The notes under the pieces were generated by a model that ran no database searches, was not told the origin of the DNA, and saw nothing but the letters and a program-made list of their open reading frames with translations. Position numbers and translations under genes: made by a program. A stretch of 64,000 bases of DNA from an uncultured Chloroflexia bacterium (GTDB lineage: Bacteria > Chloroflexota > Anaerolineae > CG2-30-64-16). Of the stretch, positions 45,401-56,424 are shown piece by piece. The DNA lies in contig CAVZDU010000005.1 of assembly GCA_963774265.1 (NCBI GenBank), forward strand, positions 64,001 through 128,000, given 5' to 3'. Numbering within the stretch: the stretch's first letter is position 1; every line of letters begins with the position of its first letter.

Positions 45401-47051
45401 GAACGGCCGCGGTTCCGTGACCGCCACGACCTTGGTGACGGTGACCGGCACGTTGCCCTGCCAGTCAGCCATTACTGTCGCCAGTGACGCTGACAGCGGC
45501 GCGGGGTCGCTCCGCGATGCGATAGGGAGCGTATGTTCGGGCGGCACGATCACCTTTGCAGGTGACTCTACCATCATGCTGACCAGCCCACTCACGGTCA
45601 CGACGAGCTTAACGGTTGATGGCTCTGGGAACAACATCACCATCAGCGGCAACAATGCCAGCCGCGTGTTCCATGTGAACTCAGGTGTCGACGCTACGCT
45701 GAGAAATCTGACGGTGGCGGACGGTAAAGTAAGCGGCTACTACATTACCGGTGGTGGCATTGTGAACGAAGGCGCGCTGACCGCGACCAACGTCAGCTTC
45801 TTGCGCAACACAGCTGCTGCCACCTGGCGGAGTTATGGCGGTGCGATCTACAGCACCGGTGCGCTCACGGTCACCGACAGCACTTTCTCGAGCAATAATG
45901 CCGCGGGTGGCAATGGTGGCGGCATCGCCAATTTCGGTAAACTTCAAGTCACCAACAGCAGTTTCAACCCTAACAGCGCATACGGCGGTGGCGGATGTAT
46001 CTACAACGCCGGCAACGCGACGATCACCGGCGCTGCCCTTACCGGCAGCGTATACTACTCGGGTGGCGGCATCGACAATGAGGGTACGATGACCGTCACC
46101 AACAGCAGCCTCGTGGGCAACATTGCCAGTATGTATCACGGCGGCGGCGGCGGGATTTACAACGCAGGTGCGCTGACCGTCACTAACAGCACATTCTCCG
46201 GTAACCAGGCGCGGGCCGATGGTAACGGGGGCGGCATCCTCTCCGAAGCGGGTACCCTGACCCTGACGAATAACACTTTTTCTGGCAACACCGCCAGCGG
46301 CGGCCGAGGCGGCGGTATCGCTGTCGTGAACGCCGCCGCGCAGGCCTGGATCGTGAACAGCACCCTCTCGGGAAATGGTGCCGGCTCCGATGGCGGCATC
46401 TACAGCTTCGGCGCGGCCGTCACGCTCGCGAACACGATCGTCGCCAACAGCACGACGGGGGGGAACTGCGCTACTGATCCCGCAATGACAGACGGGGGCG
46501 GCAACCTGACGTGGGGCGACACGACCTGTCCTGGTATCAACAGCGATCCGAAGCTTGGCACGTTGGCCCACAACGGTGGCGCCACTCAGACCTTCGCCTT
46601 GCTGATGGATAGCCCAGCGATTGATGCTGCGGTTGACATCAACTGCCCGCCAGCCGACCAACGCGGCGTGGCGCGGCCGCAGCCGCAAGGTGGACATTGC
46701 GACATTGGCTCCTTCGAAAGCCTGGCAGCAACGCCGCTAAGGGTTGGTGCCAGGAGGTTGCTTGGCGCAATCCAGTTCAGTTGGGTGCACCGGGATCCGC
46801 AAATCCAGCGATACGAAGTGTACCGAGGGCCGAATCCCTTTGCCCCACCCGGCGAGAATGCATCCGTCAAAATCGGCGAAGCGGACGGACTCCCTGACCT
46901 CGGCCAGAATGTGACATACGTCGATGACACCGCTTTCACTCCTCCGCTGACGAACTGGTTCTACGTTGTGCGGGGAGTGAAAGCGGTCGGCGAGGTGCTG
47001 TCGAACGGGGCGGGAAGCTTCAATTTCGGGTTGGTGCCGGGGACGCAATAG
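27404..47051 (+). CDS. Giant (~6,500 aa) secreted multidomain surface protein; split into 4 ORFs by probable sequencing frameshifts (~33165, ~38880, ~40010)
   Basis: GGAGG RBS and signal peptide; 7 SBBP repeats; three Asp-box/sialidase-like propellers (SxDGGxTWS); repeated DDGxHGDxxAGD and YTYDVWD..GGKLFISGQ modules; DUF11, PA14, multiple CARDB (PDLQV), PPC, DPND domain, Big_1, 2 PKD (YTWDFGDG), beta-helix with choice-of-anchor Q (DQRG..CDIG). Confidence 0.85.
28280..29660 (+). repeat. Seven near-identical ~190-bp tandem coding repeats (SBBP beta-propeller blades)
   Basis: YATFLGGSGD..IAVDGAGSAYVTG.TSSTDFPTT.GAFDTSY..DAF.VK repeated 7 times. Confidence 0.92.
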
Positions 47052-47267
47052 ACTGGCGCGTCAGTCAGCTAATGCCGGGCGGGTGAGTTCAGCTTCGACC
47101 TTGTCCCGCGGGGGGCTTCCCTAGCCCGGCAACCGACGTTGAGTATTGAACCAGATGCGCGCCCTGATAGGCCGGAGACCTGTCAGGGCGTTGCGTTTCT
47201 TGCTGCCTATCTCCGTTTCTCGTAGCAAAATGATATCTCTTCTCACTGAGCCGGGGGGAACGGCCAC

Positions 47268-48200
47268 ATGCATCTGCCTCCTGAAGTCGTGGTCATCGGC
47301 AACGTCGGGATCGACACCAACATCTACCTCTACGGCGCGGATGTCGACTGGAGCGTCGAGGCCAACTTCACGCAAAACCTGGACTACGTGGGGCAGGCGG
47401 GTGGGTACGCAAGCCGGGGTTACGCCCGCCTGGGACACGGGACCGCCTTCATCGGCACGGTGGGGGACGACTATCACGGCCGGTTCATCCGTGAGGAACT
47501 GGCCCGGGATGGCATCGACCTGGCCGGCCTGTTCGTCGATCCCCAAGGCACCGCGCGCAGCGTCAACCTGATGTATCGCGACGGCCGGCGGAAGAATTTC
47601 TACGACGGCAAAGGCCACATGGCGCTGGAGCCTGACCTGGCGGCCTGCCGCGCGGTGCTGGCAGGCGCGCGGCTGGCGCACTTCAACATCCCCAATTGGG
47701 CGCGCCAACTTCTGCCCCTGGCGCGCGAGCTGGGCGTCAAGATCGCCGTCGATTTGCAGGATGTCGTCTCGCCCGACGATCCATATCGCCGGGATTTCGT
47801 CGAGCAGGCTGACATCCTTCTTTTCTCCGCGGCCAACTACGCTGACCCCTCGCCCTTGATCCAGTACTTTCTCGGAAACGTGCCGGATCGGATCGTCGTC
47901 TGCGGCATGGGTGCGGCCGGCTGTGCGCTGGGCACGAGCGCGGGCGTCCGGTTCTTCGGACCCGTGGCGTGGCCCGAGCCTGTGATCGATACTAACGGCG
48001 CTGGCGACGCGCTGGCTGTGGGATTCCTCAGCAGCTATGTGCTGGGCAGCTATTCGCTCGAGGATTCCGTGCTGCGCGGCCAGATCGCCGCGCGCCACAC
48101 GTGTACGCAGAAGGCATCGTCTTCGACCCTGATCAATGCTGAACTCCTCGACCGTCGCCACCGCACATTAGCCACTGACGCAGCGTCCCAGAACGGTTAG
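47268..48200 (+). CDS. PfkB-family carbohydrate kinase
   Basis: [23 protein letters not shown] motifs. Confidence 0.92.
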   Translation: MHLPPEVVVIGNVGIDTNIYLYGADVDWSVEANFTQNLDYVGQAGGYASRGYARLGHGTAFIGTVGDDYHGRFIREELARDGIDLAGLFVDPQGTARSVNLMYRDGRRKNFYDGKGHMALEPDLAACRAVLAGARLAHFNIPNWARQLLPLARELGVKIAVDLQDVVSPDDPYRRDFVEQADILLFSAANYADPSPLIQYFLGNVPDRIVVCGMGAAGCALGTSAGVRFFGPVAWPEPVIDTNGAGDALAVGFLSSYVLGSYSLEDSVLRGQIAARHTCTQKASSSTLINAELLDRRHRTLATDAASQNG

Positions 48201-48267
48201 GCACCAGTCAACTCGGATGGTATACTCCGAGCGAAATCAACGTAGAGGGGTAGCGGGAGGCTCTATC

Positions 48268-49533
<1,266 letters not shown>

Positions 49534-49534
49534 T

Positions 49535-50965
49535 ATGAGCGAGCCGGTCTCCTATTCCCACGATACTTATCTGTCGCCCTACACCTGGCGCTATGGCTCC
49601 GCGGAGATGCGCCGCGTGTGGAGCGAGCTGCACCGGCGGCGTCTGTGGCGGCGGATGTGGGTGGCGCTGGCCGAAGCCGAGCAGTCTGCCGGGTTGGTCA
49701 CGGCGGCGCAGGTGGCGGACTTGAAGGCGCACGCGGAGGAAATCGATCTGCCGCGCGCGCTCGCCATTGAGGCGGAGATCCATCACGACCTGATGGCAGA
49801 GGTGCGCACCTATGCGGAACAGTGCCCCATCGGCGGCGGGATTATCCACCTGGGCGCGACTTCGATGGACATCGAGGATAACGCCGAGGCGCTGCGGATG
49901 CGCGAGGCATTGGACCTGCTCCTCGGCAAGCTGTCGGCCCTCCTGATTGCATTTTCGGACCAGATCGAGCGATGGGCCGACGCTCCGACCATGGCGTTCA
50001 CGCACTTGCAGCCTGCAGAACCGACGACCGTGGGTTACCGCCTGGCCCAGTACGCCCAGGATTTACTCAGCGACTATGGTGACTTACGGAGGGTGCGCGG
50101 GGAGGTGCGCGGCAAGGGATTGAAGGGGGCGGTCGGCACCTCGGCGTCCTATGCCGAACTGCTGTCCGGCACGGATGTAAGCCCCAGAGAACTCGAAGCG
50201 CGCGTGCTCCGCGGCCTCGACCTCGAAGCGTTCCCCGTCGCGACGCAGATTTATCCCCGCAAGCAAGACTACACGGTCTTGTCAGCGTTGGCCAGTCTGG
50301 CACAGTCGCTTTACAAGTTCGCGTTTGACTTGCGGTTTCTTCAGTCGCCCCCCATCGGAGAATGGGCCGAGCCCTTTGGCAAGGCACAGGTGGGCTCCAG
50401 CGCCATGCCCTTCAAGCGCAACCCGATCCACGCCGAGAACGTAGATAGTCTTGCACGCCTGCTCGCGGCTCTGCCACGCGTCGCGTGGGACAATGCGGCA
50501 CATAGCCTTTTGGAGCGGACTCTCGATGACTCGGCGAACCGGCGCACCATTCTGCCGGAGGGATTCTTGATCGCTGACGAGTTGGTCACCCGGTCGACGC
50601 GTCTGATCACCGGGCTACAGGTTGACCGCAGCGCTGCCGAGCGGCTGCTGAGCACCTACGGTCCTTTCGCCGCGACCGAACGGCTGCTGATGGCGCTAGC
50701 GCGCCGCGGCGCGGACCGGCAGGCCGTGCACGAGGTCATTCGGGAGCACGCCATGGCTGCCTGGGTTGTCGTGCAGGCGGGCGGCGTAAACCCGTTGATC
50801 GAGTCGCTGTGCGCGGATGCGCGCCTGACGCAATATGCCTCAGTTGAAGAGATGCGCGGCTGGTTGGATGCATCCCCTTACGTGGGCGATGCGCCGGAAC
50901 GGGCGCGCGACCTGGCTGCGATTCTCAAGCGCAATAGGGGTGAAGCGAGTGCAAGGACCCTCTGA
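49535..50965 (+). CDS. purB: Adenylosuccinate lyase
   Basis: HHDLMA, IHLGATS, FTHLQPA, GSSAMPFKRNP. Confidence 0.97.
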   Translation: MSEPVSYSHDTYLSPYTWRYGSAEMRRVWSELHRRRLWRRMWVALAEAEQSAGLVTAAQVADLKAHAEEIDLPRALAIEAEIHHDLMAEVRTYAEQCPIGGGIIHLGATSMDIEDNAEALRMREALDLLLGKLSALLIAFSDQIERWADAPTMAFTHLQPAEPTTVGYRLAQYAQDLLSDYGDLRRVRGEVRGKGLKGAVGTSASYAELLSGTDVSPRELEARVLRGLDLEAFPVATQIYPRKQDYTVLSALASLAQSLYKFAFDLRFLQSPPIGEWAEPFGKAQVGSSAMPFKRNPIHAENVDSLARLLAALPRVAWDNAAHSLLERTLDDSANRRTILPEGFLIADELVTRSTRLITGLQVDRSAAERLLSTYGPFAATERLLMALARRGADRQAVHEVIREHAMAAWVVVQAGGVNPLIESLCADARLTQYASVEEMRGWLDASPYVGDAPERARDLAAILKRNRGEASARTL

Positions 50966-52307
50966 CTCGAGCCGCGGCCGGCCAACTGGGATGACGGCCT
51001 TCACTGTCGTCTGGCTCGGCCAGATAATATCGGTCCTCGCCACCAATATGACCGCCTTCGCTCAGTCGATCTGGGTGTTCCAGGAGACGGGCAGCGCAAT
51101 GGCGCTCGGATTGGTGCAAGTCTGCTTCATCGTTCCCTTCCTGATCCTTTCGCCTGTCGCCGGCGTGATGGTCGATCGCTACAACCGGAAGCTCATGATG
51201 ATGGTGAGCGACCTGGTGGCGATCCTCCCCACCGTTGGGCTGTTGATCCTCTCAGCCGCAGGCCGGTTGGAGGTGTGGCACTTTTACGTCGCAGCGGCCT
51301 TCCAGGGCATCGGCAACACGTTCCAATGGCCGGCCTATTCCGCGGCCATCGCGGTCATGGTCCCGAAAGAACAGCTTGGCCGGGCCAATGGCATGATGTC
51401 GCTGATCGAAGCCGGACCGGGCGTGCTGGCGCCGCTCATGGCGGGTGCACTGCTGCCGCTGATCGGGCTGACGGGTATCTTGGGCATCGATGTCGCGACC
51501 TTCCTTCTCGCGATCGTGGGCCTCGCCATCGTGTTCATTCCGCAGCCCGAGCGCACAGCGGCAGGGCGCGAGGCGCAGGGCAGCTTCCTTAAAGAAGCGG
51601 CCTACGGCTTTCGTTACATTTTTGCGCGGCCAAGCCTGCTTGGCCTGCAGCTGCTTTTCTTCGCGGGCAATCTTTTCTGGGGCATCGCCATGACGCTGAC
51701 CGCACCCATGGTCCTGGCTCGCACGGACAATAACAGCCTGGCCCTCGCCACCGTGCAGTCAGCCGGGGCCCTTGCCGCCGTGGCCGGCGGCGTCATCATG
51801 AGTGCGTGGGGTGGCTTCAAACGCCGCACCTACGGCGTCATCTTCGGTTGGCTGTTGGCCGCGTTGGGACTCATCCCGTTGGGGTTGGGGAGGGTTGTGC
51901 CGGTGTGGGTGGCGGCCGCCGTCTTCGCGGATCTGTGGAGCCCGCTGATCAACGGTTCGAACCAGGCCATCTGGCAATCTAAGGTGGCGCCCGATGTGCA
52001 AGGCAGGGTGTTTTCCGCGCGGCGATTGATTGCCTGGTTCGCCCAGCCCATCAGCCCGATTATTGCCGGTGCGGCGGCCGACTATATCCTGGAACCGGCG
52101 ATGCGCTCCGGTCGCGGGCTGGCCCTGGTCTTTGGCGGGCTATTCGGCACGGGGCCGGGCTCCGGGATGGGGCTGCTGATCGCGCTCAGCGGCATCCTTG
52201 CCGCTGCGGTGGCGCTGGGCGGGTATCTCGTGCCGGCTATCCGGGATGCCGAGGATCGCCTGCCGGATTACGATCACCGGCCGGCTGAGGAACCGGTAGC
52301 CAGCTAG
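50949..52307 (+). CDS. MFS transporter (macrolide efflux/DHA3-like)
   Basis: VWLGQIIS, GVMVDRYNRK motif A, QGRVFS; many TM segments; start uncertain. Confidence 0.9.
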   Translation: MQGPSDSSRGRPTGMTAFTVVWLGQIISVLATNMTAFAQSIWVFQETGSAMALGLVQVCFIVPFLILSPVAGVMVDRYNRKLMMMVSDLVAILPTVGLLILSAAGRLEVWHFYVAAAFQGIGNTFQWPAYSAAIAVMVPKEQLGRANGMMSLIEAGPGVLAPLMAGALLPLIGLTGILGIDVATFLLAIVGLAIVFIPQPERTAAGREAQGSFLKEAAYGFRYIFARPSLLGLQLLFFAGNLFWGIAMTLTAPMVLARTDNNSLALATVQSAGALAAVAGGVIMSAWGGFKRRTYGVIFGWLLAALGLIPLGLGRVVPVWVAAAVFADLWSPLINGSNQAIWQSKVAPDVQGRVFSARRLIAWFAQPISPIIAGAAADYILEPAMRSGRGLALVFGGLFGTGPGSGMGLLIALSGILAAAVALGGYLVPAIRDAEDRLPDYDHRPAEEPVAS

Positions 52308-52320
52308 GGCGCTTGTCGGA

Positions 52321-52373
52321 GACCTTCGAGGTCACGTGAGGAGGCTGCGCGATCTCGCAGACCTTGAAGGTCT
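52321..52373. repeat. Pair of short palindromes GACCTTCGAGGTC / AGACCTTGAAGGTCT between convergent genes (second REP-like family)
   Basis: Two related palindromes at 52321-52333 and 52359-52373. Confidence 0.55.
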
Positions 52374-52394
52374 ATTCGTCGACGTCCCTGGTCT

Positions 52395-54341
52395 TCAGTC
52401 CACCTGGTATGGCACGTCAACAACGATCACGCCGGGGATGAACATGAGCGCCAGCCGCAGGAAGGTGGCGGTCTGGGTGTGCAGCAGGTTATCGAACCAA
52501 TGGCGCGGCACAAACTGGGGCACGACGACGGTGATGACTTCGTTTGGCCGTCGCGCGGCCGCCAGTTGACGGATATACCGCAGCAGCGGTTCGTGCATCA
52601 GCCGGTAGGGCGACTCCACGATCACCAGGCGCACCCCTTCCCCCCACATCTGCCAGCGTTGCTCCACGCGCGCGGCTGAAACCGGATCGATGGAGACGTG
52701 GACCGCGGTCACATCCGAGGATAGGAGCTGCGCGTATTCCAGCGCCGCTAGCGTGCCCTGGTGAACCCCACTGATGGGGAGGATCACACGGTGGCGCTGA
52801 GGAGGCGGCCCGGGATTGAAGTTTTCCAGGGTCAGGCGCGAGGCGAGATGGCGATAGTGCCGGTGGATGCGGAAAAAGAGCAGCACCAGCGCGGGCAAAA
52901 GGATCAGGATGATCCAGGCGCCCTGGCTGAACTTCGTAACGGCAAAAATCACCGTGACGACGACCGTAATGAAAGCACCCAGGGCGTTAATGGCCATTTT
53001 GCTCTGCCAGCCCGTTTCGTACTTCAGGACTGACCCCCGTTCCGCGCGCGTTTCCTGGGATCCCAGTTGACCGGCCTTCCACCAGCGCCGCGACATGCCC
53101 GCTTGCGACAGGCTGAACGAAAGAAACACGCCGATCGCGTACAGTGGAATCAACGCCGTAACGCTGGCCCTGAAGAGGATAATGAATCCGGAGGCGAGCA
53201 GCGCCAGGACGACGATGCCGCGCGAGTAGACCAGCCGGCTGCCCTGGTACGAAAGCTGGCGCGGCAGGAAGCCATCCATAGCCAGCAGTGCACTCAGCCG
53301 CGGGAAGCCGTTGTAGGAGGTGTTGGCGGCCATGATCAAGATGACGGTCGTGCCTGCAATCGTGAGCAGATAGAGCAGACCGCGTGCCCCATCGGCAGTG
53401 CGCGCCACCTGCGAGATGATCGTTTCTTCCTCCGAAGGGATCGCGCCCACCTGGACGGCCAGGAAGGTGATAGCAACCAGGAGCACGGCCAGGATGCCGC
53501 CCATCCAGAGGAGTGTAATGCCGGCGTTACGGCTGCGCGGCTCTTTGAAGGCCGGCACGCCGTTTGCAATCGCCTCGACGCCCGTCAGCGCGGTGGTGCC
53601 GGAGGAAAACGCGCGGAGGATCAGGAAGAGCGTCAGCCCCTGCGGCCCGCCGAGCACCTCCATCGGGGGCGGGTCTGTAACCATACCGAGCGAGCCTGTG
53701 AAGTGACGGAAGAAGCCGATGATCACGGTGGTGAACATCATGATCACGAAGAAATAGGTTGGGATTGCGAAGATCGTGCCCGATTCGCGCACCCCGCGCA
53801 GGTTGATCAGCATGACGAGCAGGGCCAACCCGACGGCCAGCTCCACGCGATACTCGAAAAGCCGCGGGAACGCAGATGTGATCTGCGCGACCCCGGACGA
53901 AATGGAGACTGCGACCGTGAGGATGTAGTCAATCAGCAGCGCTGCGCCTGCGATAGCCGCGGGGGGGTCGCCCAGGTTATCGCGCGCGACAATATACGCG
54001 CCGCCGCCGCCGGGATAGGCGTGGATCGTCTGCTCATAGGACGCCGTGACGATCGCCAGCAGCGCGACGATGCCGAGTGATAACGGAATGGAAAGACCGA
54101 AGGCTATCGTGCCCGCGGCTGCCAGCACCACAAGCATTTCCTGCGTGGCGTACGCGGTCGACGAGAGCGCGTCCGATGCAAACACCGCCAGTCCGACGAT
54201 CTTGCGAATCGCCTGGTGGGGCGCTTCGGCGGTGGCCAGTGGGTCGCCGGTGAGAAGGGTCAGCCACGAGCGCTGCGGTTTTTCGCCGGCCAGCTGGTGA
54301 TGTATGCTGGGTGCGTCATCATCATCAATTTGGGATCGCAT
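52395..54341 (-). CDS. APC-family permease, KimA/YdaO-like potassium transporter
   Basis: FASDALSSTAYA, SYEQTIHAYPGGGGAY, ALTGVEAI, GFPRL, C-terminal SPYR..LHTQTA domain. Confidence 0.9.
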   Translation of the reverse strand: MRSQIDDDDAPSIHHQLAGEKPQRSWLTLLTGDPLATAEAPHQAIRKIVGLAVFASDALSSTAYATQEMLVVLAAAGTIAFGLSIPLSLGIVALLAIVTASYEQTIHAYPGGGGAYIVARDNLGDPPAAIAGAALLIDYILTVAVSISSGVAQITSAFPRLFEYRVELAVGLALLVMLINLRGVRESGTIFAIPTYFFVIMMFTTVIIGFFRHFTGSLGMVTDPPPMEVLGGPQGLTLFLILRAFSSGTTALTGVEAIANGVPAFKEPRSRNAGITLLWMGGILAVLLVAITFLAVQVGAIPSEEETIISQVARTADGARGLLYLLTIAGTTVILIMAANTSYNGFPRLSALLAMDGFLPRQLSYQGSRLVYSRGIVVLALLASGFIILFRASVTALIPLYAIGVFLSFSLSQAGMSRRWWKAGQLGSQETRAERGSVLKYETGWQSKMAINALGAFITVVVTVIFAVTKFSQGAWIILILLPALVLLFFRIHRHYRHLASRLTLENFNPGPPPQRHRVILPISGVHQGTLAALEYAQLLSSDVTAVHVSIDPVSAARVEQRWQMWGEGVRLVIVESPYRLMHEPLLRYIRQLAAARRPNEVITVVVPQFVPRHWFDNLLHTQTATFLRLALMFIPGVIVVDVPYQVD

Positions 54342-54459
54342 GTGACTCAAATCTTGGTGGGATTCTCGGTGTCTGCACTCATGTTAGCACAGCGCGCGGT
54401 GGATGCAAGTGACGGCGGGGTTGTGCTGGAGTCCGAGTTGAATGTTTGCGCGGCGTTGC

Positions 54460-54488
54460 TTGACAAGGACCGCGGCTTCGGGCATAAT
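54460..54488 (+). promoter_or_regulatory. Sigma70-type promoter driving the T-box leader
   Basis: TTGACA-17bp-CATAAT. Confidence 0.75.
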
Positions 54489-54492
54489 CTGG

Positions 54493-56349
54493 TCATAATT
54501 GAATCGCCATTGGCGCAGCCATAAAGCGATGACGGAGGAAAGTAGGCGGGGGGATGACCCCAGAGAAGCCGGGCCCCTGCGAGGGGGCTGAAAGCCCGGC
54601 CGGCCCCAACCCCGATGAAGTTCCCTCCTGAGCGGGCGGGTGAAAGCAATCGTGAAGTAGTCCGCCACGGCAGCCCACCGTTATGGGGCAGCCGGTAAGC
54701 CTGTACAGCCGGGCCGCCGGCCAGAGAGCGGCTTCCCAAGGGAAGCTCGAACCAGGGTGGCACCGCGGAGTGAATACGCGCACTTCGTCCCTCTGCCCGT
54801 TGACAATAAACTGCATAGGCTGCGCAAGCTCACAGCTCACCCAAAGTACCTTCTTACCGTCCTCGTATGCCAGTGTTCCTTCGACGTTCAGTGTTTCTAT
54901 GGCTCTTCGCCGCGTCGCGAAGTCTGATTCGGCGCCTTCCAGACTGACCGCAATCTTAGCGGCGAAGTCTTGCAGGTCCGCTATCTGGTCAGCGGTCAGC
55001 AGGTGCGCCGTCAGGTAGTCGGCCAGGCCGGCGCGCTCCTTCTCCAGCGCGCCTATGGTCGTCTCGATACGGGTGCGGCGCTCGGTCAGCAGGTCCTTGG
55101 AGAAGTCGCCCGAAAGATATAGGTCAAGCAGACGCTCTAGCTGCGTGCGATTCTCGCGGATCAGGTCTTCCACTACCTTCAGCCGCGTTCGTATTGGCGT
55201 ATGCTCGGCTTCTTGTCGCTCGCGGTATGACTCCAGGCCGTCAGCTAGTTTTTGCGGATCAAGCAGGAAGGACCGCACCCAACCCCACACGATAGCGTCG
55301 ACGTCGTCGGCATGCGCTCGCGGGCCGACCTCGCAGGAGTGCGATATCTCACGTTTAGCATGACAGATATAATAGCGCCGCGTCGCGGTCTGCGAATTGG
55401 CGACCAGGCGCGCGCCGCAATGGACGCAGCGCAGCCGACCACTCATTAGATAATCGTAGATCGACTTACGGCGCAGGCTTGTGCGATTGTGGTCCATACG
55501 TACTTGGGCTTGGGCGAAGGTCTCGCGACTTATCAGGGCGGGCACGGTCACGGACAGCGCAGCGTCTTGTGTGAAGTCGCGGTGGTAGCGCCAAAGGCCG
55601 GCGTAGGTCTCGTTACTCAGTATCTTGGATATCGTGCCGCGCGCCCATACGCCGTGCTTGCGCTTCTTGGTGTGTACTTGCCGCGTGTCTTCGTAGGTCG
55701 GCGCACACATGGCGTCCAGCGCGTTCTTAATCGCGGTCATGCTCAGCGCACCGCCCGCGCCGTCGCCGGTCGTATACCACTGGAAGATAAGCCGTACAAT
55801 GCTTGCTTCAGCTTCCTCGATAACCAGCGCAAACTTGCCATTCTCTGACCGATAACGATAGCCATAGGGCGGCCTGCCGTGTACCATGACGCTGCCGGCC
55901 TGGACCTTCAGCACGCGCCCACGCGTCATGCGTTCGTTGATCTTCTCGCGTTCGTATTCGGCTATAGTCGCCTTGATATGCTTGTTTAGCCGGCCTTCGG
56001 GCGAATCGGGATACTCGCCAAGCACGTATTCGATCTGCACGCCAGCCCGCCTTAGCTCTTCTTCGACGACGAGCTGCTTTGCCAGCGACCGCGATAGCCG
56101 GTCGATCTCGCGCACGATCAAGACGTCGAAGTCGCCCGCACGCGCCATGTCACGAACGCGGTTCAGTCGCTCCAGCTCGAAGGCGGCGCCCGACGCGCCG
56201 CGGTCGTCTTCGTGCAGCTCAGCGATGATCTCATAGCCGTGCTCGGTCGCATACTTGCGGCACATCTCCAATTGACCGGCCAGGTTGCGGCCTTCGCGCT
56301 TGGTATCGTCGCTGCTGACTCTGGCGTATAAAACGGATCGCTTGGTCAT
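54493..56349 (-). CDS. Large serine recombinase (integrase); last ~100 codons read into host T-box DNA
   Basis: YARVSS catalytic Ser, DRLSR, AEYEREKINERM, PPYGY recombinase domain, CVHCG..YYIC zinc ribbon, coiled coil; ATG 56349 with AAGGAG RBS. Confidence 0.95.
   Translation of the reverse strand: MTKRSVLYARVSSDDTKREGRNLAGQLEMCRKYATEHGYEIIAELHEDDRGASGAAFELERLNRVRDMARAGDFDVLIVREIDRLSRSLAKQLVVEEELRRAGVQIEYVLGEYPDSPEGRLNKHIKATIAEYEREKINERMTRGRVLKVQAGSVMVHGRPPYGYRYRSENGKFALVIEEAEASIVRLIFQWYTTGDGAGGALSMTAIKNALDAMCAPTYEDTRQVHTKKRKHGVWARGTISKILSNETYAGLWRYHRDFTQDAALSVTVPALISRETFAQAQVRMDHNRTSLRRKSIYDYLMSGRLRCVHCGARLVANSQTATRRYYICHAKREISHSCEVGPRAHADDVDAIVWGWVRSFLLDPQKLADGLESYRERQEAEHTPIRTRLKVVEDLIRENRTQLERLLDLYLSGDFSKDLLTERRTRIETTIGALEKERAGLADYLTAHLLTADQIADLQDFAAKIAVSLEGAESDFATRRRAIETLNVEGTLAYEDGKKVLWVSCELAQPMQFIVNGQRDEVRVFTPRCHPGSSFPWEAALWPAARLYRLTGCPITVGCRGGLLHDCFHPPAQEGTSSGLGPAGLSAPSQGPGFSGVIPPPTFLRHRFMAAPMAIQL
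54521..54795 (+). ncRNA. T-box riboswitch leader (specifier UCC-Ser or UUC-Phe), truncated after the antiterminator
   Basis: AAAGCGATGA..GGAGG-AAAGTAG, CAGAGA, GCTGAA distal loop, GAAGTTCC-CTCC-TGAGC specifier loop, stem II AGTAG, CCGTTA, T-box AACCAGGGTGGCACCGCG (54750-54767), CTTCGTCCCT (54783-54792). Confidence 0.9.
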
Positions 56350-56384
56350 GGTGTGTTCTCCTTCTTGGGCTAGTCGCCTCACGG

Positions 56385-56412
56385 CTGCGCAGCATGACGT
56401 CATGCTGCGCAG
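56385..56412. repeat. 28-bp perfect palindrome upstream of integrase
   Basis: CTGCGCAGCATGAC|GTCATGCTGCGCAG. Confidence 0.9.
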
Positions 56413-56424
56413 GGCGTCAGTCGG

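Noticed and set aside
54351-54680. c-di-AMP (ydaO) riboswitch upstream of the KimA-like gene
   Set aside because: No ydaO motifs recognised on the minus strand; the structured RNA here is a plus-strand T-box, and the KimA promoter candidate lies close to its start.
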